Notes under the pieces: generated by a model
Seen by the model: only the letters and a program-made list of their open reading frames with translations
Told to the model about the DNA's origin: nothing
Databases searched by the model: none
Part shown: positions 1 through 9,116 of the stretch, piece by piece
Position numbering within the stretch: position 1 is the stretch's first letter
How the letters are laid out: each line of letters begins with the position of its first letter
Made by a program: the position numbers and the translations under genes
IMG/VR virus record: IMGVR_UViG_3300045988_114440
Coordinates: 37,704-101,703 of that record
Length of the DNA stretch: 64,000 nucleotides
Strand: one strand, 5' to 3'
Origin: a virus

Positions 1-1
1 C

Positions 2-185
2 GCTATGCCGTTTGAGGATATTGGAAGGGATGTAAATGTTGTGTATCCTATTGAAATAGGAAAGATGTTTAAAGGATTTTACATTCTTAGTAATGGTGCT
101 GTGGCTATTGATTACGAACTTACAGACAATGGAGGCTTTGAAAATGACGATAGCATTGGTAAAATCGACATGAATCTAAATTGAT
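2..185 (+). CDS. 3' end of a gene that starts upstream of the window (partial)
   Basis: Frame 2 is open from the window edge to TGA at 183-185; no start codon inside the window. Confidence 0.3.
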
Positions 186-190
186 ATATT

Positions 191-724
191 ATGGTATTAT
201 ATATAGCAGCAGATCCTGGAAAAGACGGAGCTATAGCCTGCATCGATCAAGACAGCAAACTAATATCAAGAATATCCACTCCGAGAATATCAGCTTCAGG
301 GCCGGTAGACTTGACTAAAGAATATGTTTTTTGTCGGGATACGATTGTAGAAAACAATCCTGATAGGGTAGTGTTTGTCATAGAGGACGTCCACGCACTG
401 TACGGGGTCAGCACGTCCTCTACAGCCTCCCTCATGGAAAACAAAGGCCAACTGCATGGACTGTTCCTCTCCCTCTGCATGGCATTTACGGACATAAGTT
501 GCTCCGTTAATTTCATAGCCCCTAAAACATGGCAGAAATTGGTTTGGACGCATTCTGATAAGGTCATGGAAGCCAGTAAGGTAAATACTAAGAAAACGTC
601 ATTGGCTTGCGCTAAAAGGCTGTGGCCAAACGATACGTTCGTTAAAAACGAAAGATGTAAGACAGCCCATGACGGTATAGTTGATGCGATGCTTATAGCA
701 GAGGCAGCAAGAAGAACCATTTAA
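191..724 (+). CDS. RuvC-like Holliday junction resolvase
   Basis: N-terminal IAADPGKDGAIACID (RuvC DxG acidic motif), central VFVIEDVHA glutamate, C-terminal AHDGIVDAMLIAEAA matching the RuvC HD..DA..IA catalytic tail. Confidence 0.55.
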   Translation: MVLYIAADPGKDGAIACIDQDSKLISRISTPRISASGPVDLTKEYVFCRDTIVENNPDRVVFVIEDVHALYGVSTSSTASLMENKGQLHGLFLSLCMAFTDISCSVNFIAPKTWQKLVWTHSDKVMEASKVNTKKTSLACAKRLWPNDTFVKNERCKTAHDGIVDAMLIAEAARRTI

Positions 725-820
725 TCTATTTTAAATCATTTTAAATCAAATTAATTCGTAATTAGATTTTAAAATAATACATTTGCAGTGTTAGATAATC
801 ATAATCGTAAGTTTTAAAAA

Positions 821-1930
821 ATGAAAGTAAGAGTTCCTGGCATACTAATGAATGAGAAACTTTCAAACATTTCAAAGATGTTTGATAAGGTTCTAAAGGA
901 TTGTGTCACATCGAATATAAAAATTACTTTATATTTTGATCATATCCGGATACAAGCCATGAACGAACGTATAACATATACGGATGATATTTTCGATGTG
1001 AATACTGATATTTCTTGTGACTATAAGTTTTCTCTTTTAGTAGATGCCGGGACTCTTATTTCATTTTTTAAAAATCATAACCAGGATATAGAGATAGAGA
1101 TTAAAAACGATTACAGTATCGTTTTTAAATACGATAGAGGATCTTTTTCTTCTATTTGGATTGAGGATAAGGCTTTCCCCGATTTCTTTTATCCTGTAGG
1201 TGATGGTATTCGTGTTATGAGCTCGTCTTTCATTCAGTCTATGAAAAGATCTTTTGCGTTTGTTGGATCGGATGAATTTAGACCGGCTATATGCTCGATT
1301 CTTCTTAATGTGAAGAAGGACTATATTGACATTGTTTCTACTGATATGTTCCGTCTGTTTATAAACAGGAAAGAATATGCTAATGCAGTAGAAGAAAGGT
1401 CGATTATGTTAAGTGAGGTCGCAGCTTCTATTTTATACCGCTTTCTATCTGATAAAGATACGGAGATCAGTATTTCCACAGATGGCGTTAGGACGTTCTT
1501 ATGCTTTGATAATGTGATTATATCGGATATGAACGTAGAGCAACAGTATCCTAACTACGAATACGTATGTAACAAATTCGAAAAATCGTCGAGTGTTAAG
1601 TTTGACCGGGATTTACTTATATCGGTTCTTAATTCCATGACTTTGGTGGATAATGTTGTTAATGTCAAGGTAGATGAAGAAAACGGTATAACGGTAATGT
1701 CTGAGGATTTTGGAAATAGAAAAAAGATAATGGAATCAATGCCTTTGAATGCGCTCGAAGGTCCGTGTTTTAATTTTTCTATCGGTAAGGAAAATATACT
1801 GTCTTCCGTAAAATCACTTATAAAAGGAGATACTGTCATGGATTGGTCTGATCAGTATAAGATGATAAAGATGTTCAATCCTAAATACGAATCAACATAC
1901 GTCTTAAATCAAACATTGTATAATCTATAA
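821..1930 (+). CDS. hypothetical protein, 369 aa; clamp-sized and sits in the replication module, but no diagnostic motif
   Basis: Long ORF co-oriented and tightly packed between the resolvase and the SSB-like gene. Confidence 0.5.
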   Translation: MKVRVPGILMNEKLSNISKMFDKVLKDCVTSNIKITLYFDHIRIQAMNERITYTDDIFDVNTDISCDYKFSLLVDAGTLISFFKNHNQDIEIEIKNDYSIVFKYDRGSFSSIWIEDKAFPDFFYPVGDGIRVMSSSFIQSMKRSFAFVGSDEFRPAICSILLNVKKDYIDIVSTDMFRLFINRKEYANAVEERSIMLSEVAASILYRFLSDKDTEISISTDGVRTFLCFDNVIISDMNVEQQYPNYEYVCNKFEKSSSVKFDRDLLISVLNSMTLVDNVVNVKVDEENGITVMSEDFGNRKKIMESMPLNALEGPCFNFSIGKENILSSVKSLIKGDTVMDWSDQYKMIKMFNPKYESTYVLNQTLYNL

Positions 1931-1943
1931 AAAAAATAATAAT

Positions 1944-2918
1944 ATGGCTTTTAGAGAAAACAGAAGTTTTGGTACAACTTATTATCTGTATATTAATTCA
2001 GATGGTAACTTGTATGAAAAAAGTAACGAACCAAAAGAAGGTTTTGTTCAGCACATAAATCCTAATAGCGGTCAGCCGGCGGGATATTGGAAAGAGTATT
2101 ATAATGGAGTAGTTGGATACATCAACTACATCGGGTTAAAGTCAAGCACTTTCTCTAATGGAAATACTGTTACTAATTTCCTTATCGTATTAAAAGATTA
2201 CGAGCTTAATGAAAACTATTGTATTTCCATACCTCTCGTCAATCAAAAAGGAAATATCAAGGGCTTTGTTAAGAGCTTCGTAAAATACTACGAAAACATC
2301 GATTTCAGTCGTGAAATTTATTTCAATGTCTTTAAGAAGAAGAAAGATGATGAGTTTGGATCTTCGGAACTTATTATCGCGTATGCCGGAGTAGACGGAG
2401 AAAAAGATCAGCTTGTTGAACGTTTTTATAAAAAGGGCGTAAATGGCTGGCCTGATCCTGTTGAGGTTACAGGATTTGATGGTAAGAAAAGCCTTGATTA
2501 TTCAGCTCAAAACAACTTTACTTATCAGAAGATTACTGAATATTCAAATAGATTCAATGCTTCTATTAAAGACATAAGAGCTGGAATAATGGCTAAATTA
2601 GGTTTAGGAAGTAATACTCAGCAAGAGCCTACAGCTCCTCAGACTTATACCCAGCAGACGGCTGCTCCTCAACAGGTTCAACAACCTCAGTCTGTTCCGA
2701 GTGCTATTCCGTATCAGAATTACCAACAACCTGCTCAACAGCCAGCACAGTATCAGGCACCGGCTTATACGCCACAGCCGACTGCTCAGCCTGCTGCACC
2801 TGCCCCGGCACCTACTACAAGGAGCACCAAGCCGCAGCATCAGACGCAGCCGCAGCCGCAGCCGCAAGCACAGATGCCGAACTTCCCTCCTATGGAAGAA
2901 GATGACCTTCCATTTTAA
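1944..2918 (+). CDS. single-stranded DNA-binding protein-like, with Q/P-rich linker and acidic C-terminal tip
   Basis: C-terminus ...PNFPPMEEDDLPF mirrors the bacterial SSB DDDIPF tail; long Gln/Pro/Ala low-complexity linker precedes it. Confidence 0.5.
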   Translation: MAFRENRSFGTTYYLYINSDGNLYEKSNEPKEGFVQHINPNSGQPAGYWKEYYNGVVGYINYIGLKSSTFSNGNTVTNFLIVLKDYELNENYCISIPLVNQKGNIKGFVKSFVKYYENIDFSREIYFNVFKKKKDDEFGSSELIIAYAGVDGEKDQLVERFYKKGVNGWPDPVEVTGFDGKKSLDYSAQNNFTYQKITEYSNRFNASIKDIRAGIMAKLGLGSNTQQEPTAPQTYTQQTAAPQQVQQPQSVPSAIPYQNYQQPAQQPAQYQAPAYTPQPTAQPAAPAPAPTTRSTKPQHQTQPQPQPQAQMPNFPPMEEDDLPF

Positions 2919-2927
2919 TATAAACAT

Positions 2928-2960
2928 CAGCCCAGGAGAATAACATCTCTTGGGCTTTTA
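2928..2960 (+). terminator. candidate intrinsic terminator after the SSB-like gene
   Basis: Hairpin agcccagg...cttgggc followed by TTTT. Confidence 0.4.
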
Positions 2961-2964
2961 AAGA

Positions 2965-3222
2965 TTGTGTAGAATGACAGTAGAAATAGTTACAAGATTT
3001 CCCCTTATTAAGCTTCGTAGGAAAGTGACAGAAGAAAGGATTATGGCGAAGCATGGGGATAAATTATGTATGATCTACTCAGAAACCAGAGAAAAATATA
3101 AGCAAGGAGATGAGTGGGTCGATGATCCTAATGATGCAGACATAAGTACTTTTCGTGAGTGTTATGAATCAACGAAGGACATAAAAAAAGAAGGTATTGT
3201 TTATTGTACTATAAAAATATGA
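2965..3222 (+). CDS. hypothetical small protein
   Basis: ORF in the gene-dense + block; start uncertain (internal Met possible). Confidence 0.3.
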   Translation: MCRMTVEIVTRFPLIKLRRKVTEERIMAKHGDKLCMIYSETREKYKQGDEWVDDPNDADISTFRECYESTKDIKKEGIVYCTIKI

Positions 3223-3875
3223 TCATGGACAAGTTAGAAGATATTGAAAGACTTCTTTCTGAAAAAGAAGATAATAAGAAGGATACTGTTTCTGAAAAGA
3301 ACAACAAACATAAAAAAGAGGATAAGGTCGTTAATAAAATACCTGAATCGTATTTGACTCCAGGGTATCAGAAGACTGTTCAGGTAGGTATTAAGAAGCT
3401 GTATCCTGATGTCGTGGCACCTGAATACAAACATGATGGTGATGCCTGTTGTGATATTCGTGCATATAGAGTAGTGAAGATGATGAATGACATGGGAGTA
3501 GAAATAGATGTTCCTTCCGATTTTGAATCAATTACCTTATATCAAGGTTATTCTGTTAGAATCGGAACAGGATTCAAGTTGAATATACCAGAAGGTTGGT
3601 GTGTGAATGTGGAAGGAAGATCTGGATTCTCTTTTGACGAGGGAGTGGTAGTTACTAACGCTCCTGGCAAATGCGAATTTATCTACAAAGGAGAGTATAT
3701 GGTTAATCTTACTAAAATCAATAAAAAACCGACCGTAATCCGCAAAAACGATCGAATAGCTCAGATGGAAATCGTTCCACAATACAAAATGGTATTGGAA
3801 GAAGTAACAGATATTGAGGTAGAAGACGGGAATGAACGTGGAGAAAAAGGTCTTGGTAGTTCTGGAGTTAAGTAA
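3204..3875 (+). CDS. dut: dUTP diphosphatase (dUTPase) with about 60-aa N-terminal extension
   Basis: dUTPase motifs: DACCDIRA (motif 1-like), GRSGFS (motif 2), RIAQMEIV (motif 4), RGEKGLGSSG (motif 5). Confidence 0.8.
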   Translation: MYYKNMIMDKLEDIERLLSEKEDNKKDTVSEKNNKHKKEDKVVNKIPESYLTPGYQKTVQVGIKKLYPDVVAPEYKHDGDACCDIRAYRVVKMMNDMGVEIDVPSDFESITLYQGYSVRIGTGFKLNIPEGWCVNVEGRSGFSFDEGVVVTNAPGKCEFIYKGEYMVNLTKINKKPTVIRKNDRIAQMEIVPQYKMVLEEVTDIEVEDGNERGEKGLGSSGVK

Positions 3876-3893
3876 TGTTTAAATATTTTTAAA

Positions 3894-4652
3894 ATGAGCA
3901 TGTTAGGTTTTACATTCATCACAGACAGCAAGCTGTCAATGTACAGGGAGAAAGCTATTAAATCCGAAAATCTTGCAAAAGAAATTGAGGAAATGCAGGA
4001 TAAGGCCGCTTCTTACAAGGAAAGGCTTTCCGAACTCAAGTCAGATATCGCTTCAAAGGATAAAGAGATTTTATCTGTTGGCAAAGATCTTTCTGAGTCT
4101 AAGGAAAAGATTGACGCCTTGAAGGAAAATCAGAAAAAGTTGATAAAAAGCGTCAAGAAGAAAACGGAAGAACTTGATGCTGTCAATGTCGATCTTGACA
4201 AAGCCAGGTCTGATCTTGATGAGGCTAATTACAAAATCAGAAACTTGGAAGAAAAGAAAAACAGTATCTCATCTGAATTAAAAAAGAAATCAAATGCATT
4301 GATTGAAGCCAGGATCAGAATAGGAGATTTGGAAAACGAGGTTTCGGTTGGGTCCAAAACAATACAAGAGTTAGAATCGAAGCTGAAATTAATGCAAGTA
4401 GAATTAAGAGGCTACCAAATAGGTATAATCGGGAAAGATAAAAACAATGTCGCTGAGCCGGAATTGGATAAAGATGAGGAGTCAGATAAGGATGTGGCAG
4501 AATCGGAGAAATTTGATGAAAATAAGGAAGTTAAATACAATACGCTTCTTTATACAGATGTGATTCAGGAAGAAGCAGGTGACATTGTGGAGCCCGAAAA
4601 CGAAGCTGAACGAGTAAAAGACACTAAAAAGAAGAAGAAAAAAAAGAAGTAG
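3894..4652 (+). CDS. coiled-coil protein with poly-Lys C-terminus
   Basis: Heptad-like K/E/L-rich sequence; ends KKKKKKKK. Confidence 0.5.
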   Translation: MSMLGFTFITDSKLSMYREKAIKSENLAKEIEEMQDKAASYKERLSELKSDIASKDKEILSVGKDLSESKEKIDALKENQKKLIKSVKKKTEELDAVNVDLDKARSDLDEANYKIRNLEEKKNSISSELKKKSNALIEARIRIGDLENEVSVGSKTIQELESKLKLMQVELRGYQIGIIGKDKNNVAEPELDKDEESDKDVAESEKFDENKEVKYNTLLYTDVIQEEAGDIVEPENEAERVKDTKKKKKKKK

Positions 4653-4797
4653 GTATTTTAATCCTTTTTATATTTTAATGTTTGCCATATTATGGGTTAG
4701 TACTTAACTTTGCGTTGAGAGAGTTTTTAGGATAATTATTGGTTAAAAATTTAGCTGTTATATGCAGGCGTCTGTGAAGGCTCCTGCATATTTTTAA

Positions 4798-4870
4798 GGT
4801 CCTGTAGCTTAGTGGTGAAAGCAGGCGGCTCATAACCGCAAGATCGTGGGTTCAAATCCCTCTGGGACCA
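4798..4870 (+). tRNA. tRNA-Met/fMet (anticodon CAT; Ile-lysidine not excluded)
   Basis: Cloverleaf by eye: acceptor ggtcctg/tgggacc, D-stem gctt/aagc, anticodon loop cuCAUaa, T-loop ttcaaat; CCA not encoded. Confidence 0.7.
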
Positions 4871-4871
4871 C

Positions 4872-4942
4872 TGTCCAATGGTGTAGTGGTAGCACAACAG
4901 ATTTTGGTTCTGTTAGCGGAGGTTCGAATCCTCCTTGGATAA
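4872..4942 (+). tRNA. tRNA-Gln (anticodon TTG)
   Basis: Acceptor tgtccaa/ttggata, anticodon stem acaga/tctgt with loop ttTTGgt, T-arm ggagg-ttcgaat-cctcc; begins 1 nt after the previous tRNA. Confidence 0.7.
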
Positions 4943-5012
4943 CGGTACATATTTTGTGTAAAGTGTTAATTATCTAAGTGTTTGTGGTGTGTGAACATAG
5001 CAAACATTAAAT

Positions 5013-5084
5013 GGCCCATTAGTTTAACGGATAAAACCCTTGAGTCCTAATCAAAAGTTGCCTGTTCGATTCAGGCATGGGCTA
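5013..5084 (+). tRNA. tRNA-Arg (anticodon CCT)
   Basis: Acceptor ggcccat/atgggct, D-stem gttt/aaac, anticodon loop gtCCTaa, T-arm gcctg-ttcgatt-caggc. Confidence 0.6.
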
Positions 5085-5087
5085 CAT

Positions 5088-5159
5088 GGCTTGTTGGATG
5101 AGTGGTTTAGTCAGGGATCTGCAAAATCTCGTAGGGCGGTTCGATCCCGCCACAAGCCT
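5088..5159 (+). tRNA. tRNA-Cys (anticodon GCA)
   Basis: Perfect 7-bp acceptor ggcttgt/acaagcc, anticodon stem gggat/atctc with loop ctGCAaa, T-arm ggcgg-ttcgatc-ccgcc. Confidence 0.65.
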
Positions 5160-5177
5160 CTAAAAAAAAGTAAGACA

Positions 5178-5870
5178 ATGAACTACCCAGAGCAACAAAT
5201 GCTTAAGATCCTTAATAGGGATCTGTTAAGTAATCCGATGTATGTTATTAACAATCTTCATATATATGATTGGGAATCTGACTTCCTGGCCATAACAAGA
5301 TCATTGTACGCTTATGAAGTAGAGGTCAAGATGTCTAAACAAGATTTCTTTAACGACTTCAAAAAGGATAAAAAACATAAGGTTCTTAAAGACGGCATTA
5401 TTAAGGTAGGTGGTGTCATAAGCTATCCTCCAAACTATTTCTACTACGCCTGTCCGCCTAATATGATTGACGTAAGTGAAGTTCCGTCTTATGCTGGACT
5501 GATTTATGTCGATGTTAGTAAAAATAGGAAGAACATCGTTAAGGCCGCACCTTTAATTCATAGACAGAAGTTTGATGTAGTGGGCAGGAAACTGGTGGAT
5601 AAGTTTTACTACAATATGCTTACTTGGAAGAAAAGAGCTATTTCAAACGTGTATGCTGACCCAGCCAAGGAAAGAGAGAAGGGCGTGCGTGCCGGAGCTG
5701 AGGCTGTAAGGAAGTCGGCCTGGGATGCGTTCAGGGCGCAGTGCCCGCACATCGCTTTTCCCTATGGAAAAGAATTTCCGATGTGTGACGATCATGAACA
5801 AGATCATCCCATGAGAGACTGCATACTTCAGTGTGAAAAAGGTAGAATATTTAAAAACGTATTAAAATGA
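5178..5870 (+). CDS. hypothetical protein; D...EVEVK is a possible PD-(D/E)XK-like motif
   Basis: The track ORF 5040-5870 overlaps two tRNAs, so the start was moved to ATG 5178 (MNYPEQQ...); DWESDFLAITRSLYAYEVEVK resembles a D-x(n)-E-x-K nuclease core. Confidence 0.45.
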   Translation: MNYPEQQMLKILNRDLLSNPMYVINNLHIYDWESDFLAITRSLYAYEVEVKMSKQDFFNDFKKDKKHKVLKDGIIKVGGVISYPPNYFYYACPPNMIDVSEVPSYAGLIYVDVSKNRKNIVKAAPLIHRQKFDVVGRKLVDKFYYNMLTWKKRAISNVYADPAKEREKGVRAGAEAVRKSAWDAFRAQCPHIAFPYGKEFPMCDDHEQDHPMRDCILQCEKGRIFKNVLK

Positions 5871-6136
5871 GCACCCCACGTGAATTAAGCAGGATAGCTA
5901 ATAAAATAGCCAGTAAGATGACTGATGATGGATGGGTCAGCCCCGGTAGAAAGAATCTTGTCTCTGATAAGAAGGTCATGGAATTAATAGATTTGATCTT
6001 TAATGAAATATGGAGGGAATTAGATGACGGGAAAAGAGTCCATATCATAAAACAGATGATTTTTAAAAAGATTTTTGTCAGTAGGCAAAAAGATAAATAC
6101 TACATACAATGCATAGAAAAAAGGGACGCCAAATAG
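5867..6136 (+). CDS. hypothetical protein
   Basis: ORF overlapping the previous stop (ATGA); co-oriented. Confidence 0.4.
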   Translation: MSTPRELSRIANKIASKMTDDGWVSPGRKNLVSDKKVMELIDLIFNEIWRELDDGKRVHIIKQMIFKKIFVSRQKDKYYIQCIEKRDAK

Positions 6137-6167
6137 ACGCCCCTTTTCTTTTTTCTGTAAGTAATTG

Positions 6168-6824
6168 TTATTTCATTACTTTCCTTACCAACTTAGAAAC
6201 AGCTTGAGTGATAGTCCACCTGATGTTTGCATTAACGTTGATAGTCTGAGGAGTACCGTTTGCATCCAAGTTAATTACCTCCTTGTCTATTTCCAAGAAC
6301 GGATCACTTGCTGTCTGGGTAATAACCGTATTAGCCGTCTGACCTCCGGCGGCCGTCACCTTAAGAGTATTTACCAGATCGTTTACATCAGTGTTCGCAG
6401 CAATATCGGAGAATACGATACTGAAAGCAAAGGCTCCTGTTGCACCAGGGTCGTCGGCGATAACAGCGCCGTTGTTGGTAGCCTTACCTGCCGCCTGATA
6501 GGAGGTAGGTATTTCCAACGTCAGAGGATGAGTTTCGTCCGGAGTTAAGGAGAACGTTAATTTAGTTGAGTTACTTGTACCGTTGATTGTTACAGTACCA
6601 CCTCCTTTCCCTACAGATGCAGTAGGATCTATTTTTACGAACTCAGCTACCGGAGATTGGTTGATGGTAGCACTTTTCTTAACACCCCCTGATTCGGCAC
6701 CAAATTCTACTTGTTGCGTGCGTTGTACACGACCTTCGTATTTTTCACCTGATACGGTAACCGCCTGATCACCATCACCTGATCCCGGATTGAAGGTTAC
6801 AAAACCTATTTTCAATTCTGCCAT
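6168..6824 (-). CDS. hypothetical T/N/G/A-rich beta-type protein encoded opposite to the surrounding genes
   Basis: 218-aa ORF on the - strand with an AT-rich upstream region; protein-like composition; converges on the 5867-6136 gene. Confidence 0.55.
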   Translation of the reverse strand: MAELKIGFVTFNPGSGDGDQAVTVSGEKYEGRVQRTQQVEFGAESGGVKKSATINQSPVAEFVKIDPTASVGKGGGTVTINGTSNSTKLTFSLTPDETHPLTLEIPTSYQAAGKATNNGAVIADDPGATGAFAFSIVFSDIAANTDVNDLVNTLKVTAAGGQTANTVITQTASDPFLEIDKEVINLDANGTPQTINVNANIRWTITQAVSKLVRKVMK

Positions 6825-7069
6825 GACATAAATAATTTTGTAGTTAATTGATATCTTGACAAATATAGGTTTATTATACGTAAGTCTTATTATTCATATT
6901 TATAAATTAAAAGCTATATTTGACCAAAATAAGATAATTATGAGAAGAAGATTTTTTAACAAAATAAGGGGGGGGGGAGCTCCCTACTAATAATTTTATA
7001 GTTTTTGATAAATCAGTACAAAATCCTGCCAATATAACAATAAGCGAAAACAGTGATTTTTTAAATCGT

Positions 7070-8056
7070 TTGATTACCAGTGGCTTCTATAGAGTTCTTT
7101 GCAAGAGCGCTATGGGAGGAGGAGAGGTTTTTGTATGTAGATTAAAAGATAGCGACAGCAACCTGTATCTTGATGGCAGTCCGGCTGTTCTTACCGGACA
7201 AGAAGGTGATGTGATGGTCGTTTTCCTTGAATTTTGGTATAAGTGGTATAAGGTGGATGACAATAGATTCCTTTATCATTTTGCTGATCATAATATCGAT
7301 GGCACTTACATTCATGTTCCGAAATCTCTTGTTGGAGCATATAAAGGATATGTGTCTTTAAATAAACTATATAGCTGGAGTGATGTTAAGCCTTCAACAA
7401 GCATATCATTTAATGATTTTAGAAGATATGCAAAAGCGCGTGGCACCGGGTATCAGATGATAGATTTTCAACAACATTGCGTGATTGCTATGATGTTGTA
7501 TGCTAAGTATAAAACACGCGACCTTCAAGGCGTATTGGGAGCCGGTGGTGCAACCTATGATCCGACTACAACAACTGGAAGCAGCAACGCAACCGGTGGT
7601 GCGGATACTAAAAACGAAAGTTCAAAGTACGTTTGCGGCTTAGGTTTGGAAGGGGTTTTTGGTGGCATTAACGAATGGGTGGAAGGCGTAGAAATTAACA
7701 ACCATGTTTGGACAATCACCGACCAGGACGGTTCTACACGAAAAGTAAATGCTGGAAAATCAAGCGGATATATAACCAATGTCGCAGCCGAAAATGGGCC
7801 TTTTTTCGATATGGTGCCAACAAATGTCGGCGGTAGCGATTCCACGCATTATTCAGATTACTATAGTCGGACATCGAACAATTCCATTGTTTTAGCGCGC
7901 TCTTGTGACAGTTCGAGTTCGTTTGGCGGTGTGGCGTTTGCGTATGCGTCTTACGTTGTTTCGAGCACGCATTCGTACTCCGGTTCTCGTCTCGCTTTCC
8001 GTGGAACCATATCCGAAGTGAGTATGGAGCAGTTTAAAAAATTACCTGCATTATAA
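7070..8056 (+). CDS. hypothetical protein with Gly/Ser/Thr-rich low-complexity segments
   Basis: Track ORF begins at TTG 7070 (internal ATG possible); segments GAGGATYDPTTTTGSSNATGGADTKNESS and SSSSFGGVAFAYASYVVSS. Confidence 0.45.
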   Translation: MITSGFYRVLCKSAMGGGEVFVCRLKDSDSNLYLDGSPAVLTGQEGDVMVVFLEFWYKWYKVDDNRFLYHFADHNIDGTYIHVPKSLVGAYKGYVSLNKLYSWSDVKPSTSISFNDFRRYAKARGTGYQMIDFQQHCVIAMMLYAKYKTRDLQGVLGAGGATYDPTTTTGSSNATGGADTKNESSKYVCGLGLEGVFGGINEWVEGVEINNHVWTITDQDGSTRKVNAGKSSGYITNVAAENGPFFDMVPTNVGGSDSTHYSDYYSRTSNNSIVLARSCDSSSSFGGVAFAYASYVVSSTHSYSGSRLAFRGTISEVSMEQFKKLPAL

Positions 8057-8136
8057 TATCATATTTTAACTGTTTTTAAATCGTATTGTTGATATTATTA
8101 TGTATGTTTGCAATATCAATATAAAATATTATAACC

Positions 8137-8547
8137 ATGAAAGTAGATTTTTTTAACAGTAAGGATTTTTTAGGATCTAAAACTAAAGAGAGTAAGATCC
8201 GGAAGTTGTCAATCAGCAAAAGTAAGATAATGACTATCTCTGTCGATAATTTGAATTGGATGGGGGTAACGGATGCGGTTGTTATCGGCTTAGAAGAAGG
8301 GAAGATATTTGAAGGAGTTGAAAATACGGTCTTTTATCTGGCTGCTTCTGATGTTGAAGACGAGAGATCGTTTAAGGTAAATAACCTTGGTGTAAAATAC
8401 AAGAGGATTTACTTAAAAGACTTGCTCGATTATCTTGGATGGGATATAGGAGAAAATTCTTATGCTGTGTATGATATTATAAAAGAAGATAGTAATCTAT
8501 TCCGTCTTCAGTTTAGGGTAATAAAAAAGAGTAGGAGTGAAAAATGA
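8137..8547 (+). CDS. hypothetical protein
   Basis: ORF preceded by a TAtgTTTG (-7-like) element. Confidence 0.45.
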   Translation: MKVDFFNSKDFLGSKTKESKIRKLSISKSKIMTISVDNLNWMGVTDAVVIGLEEGKIFEGVENTVFYLAASDVEDERSFKVNNLGVKYKRIYLKDLLDYLGWDIGENSYAVYDIIKEDSNLFRLQFRVIKKSRSEK

Positions 8548-9104
8548 TGAGCAATATAGATATTAAAAACAAAAGAATACTGCTATTCGATTTTGACGGG
8601 ACGCTTATAGAAACCGCTTCTGGGAATACGTTCGCTACAGACTTGACAGATATGAGGATTAAGATGGATGTGGTGAATAAGGCTCTTGACCTCATGCAGG
8701 AGAACGGTGTTAAGGTGTTTGCTATCGTAAGCAATCAAGGAGGAGTAGAAGCTGGGTTTGTTTCTGGAGCTGATATTGAAGCTAAGATAGAATACGTACT
8801 GAGGTCCGTACATGATCTGGCGGTAAAACGTGGCATAAGAGGCGTCCTATATGAAAAAAGGTTGTGTTATTCCAATGACAAACAAGATCCGATGAGGAAG
8901 CCTAACACGGGCATGATTGATGATATTCTTATGAAGTGTAAAGACACGGTAATGCGTGGTATGAACTTTAGTCAACTTAAGGGATGTTCGTTGATGGTCG
9001 GAGACGCCAGTGGTCTGCCAGGGCAGTTCTCTGATTCGGATAAGGTATGTGCTGAGAATGCCGGTATTGACTATATGGACGTTATCACGTTTGTTGGTAA
9101 ATAA
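8544..9104 (+). CDS. HAD-superfamily phosphatase (HisB-N/GmhB/PNK-3'-phosphatase-like)
   Basis: Motif I LLFDFDGTL (DxDGT), motif II VSNQGG, motif III/IV K...MVGDASG..D. Confidence 0.7.
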   Translation: MMSNIDIKNKRILLFDFDGTLIETASGNTFATDLTDMRIKMDVVNKALDLMQENGVKVFAIVSNQGGVEAGFVSGADIEAKIEYVLRSVHDLAVKRGIRGVLYEKRLCYSNDKQDPMRKPNTGMIDDILMKCKDTVMRGMNFSQLKGCSLMVGDASGLPGQFSDSDKVCAENAGIDYMDVITFVGK

Positions 9105-9116
9105 TTTTAGGTAGTT

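Noticed and set aside
247-720. Two - strand ORFs (157 aa and 85 aa) inside the RuvC-like gene
   Set aside because: Fully antisense to a motif-supported + strand gene; low-complexity, non-protein-like sequence.
2604-2943. ORFs on both strands rich in R/L/S inside the SSB-like gene
   Set aside because: They arise from the Gln/Pro/Ala codon repeats of the SSB linker read in other frames.
5040-5177. N-terminal 46 codons of the track ORF 5040-5870
   Set aside because: They read through the tRNA-Arg and tRNA-Cys genes; the start was moved to ATG 5178.
6165-6548. 127-aa + strand ORF
   Set aside because: Antisense to the more protein-like 6168-6824 - strand gene.
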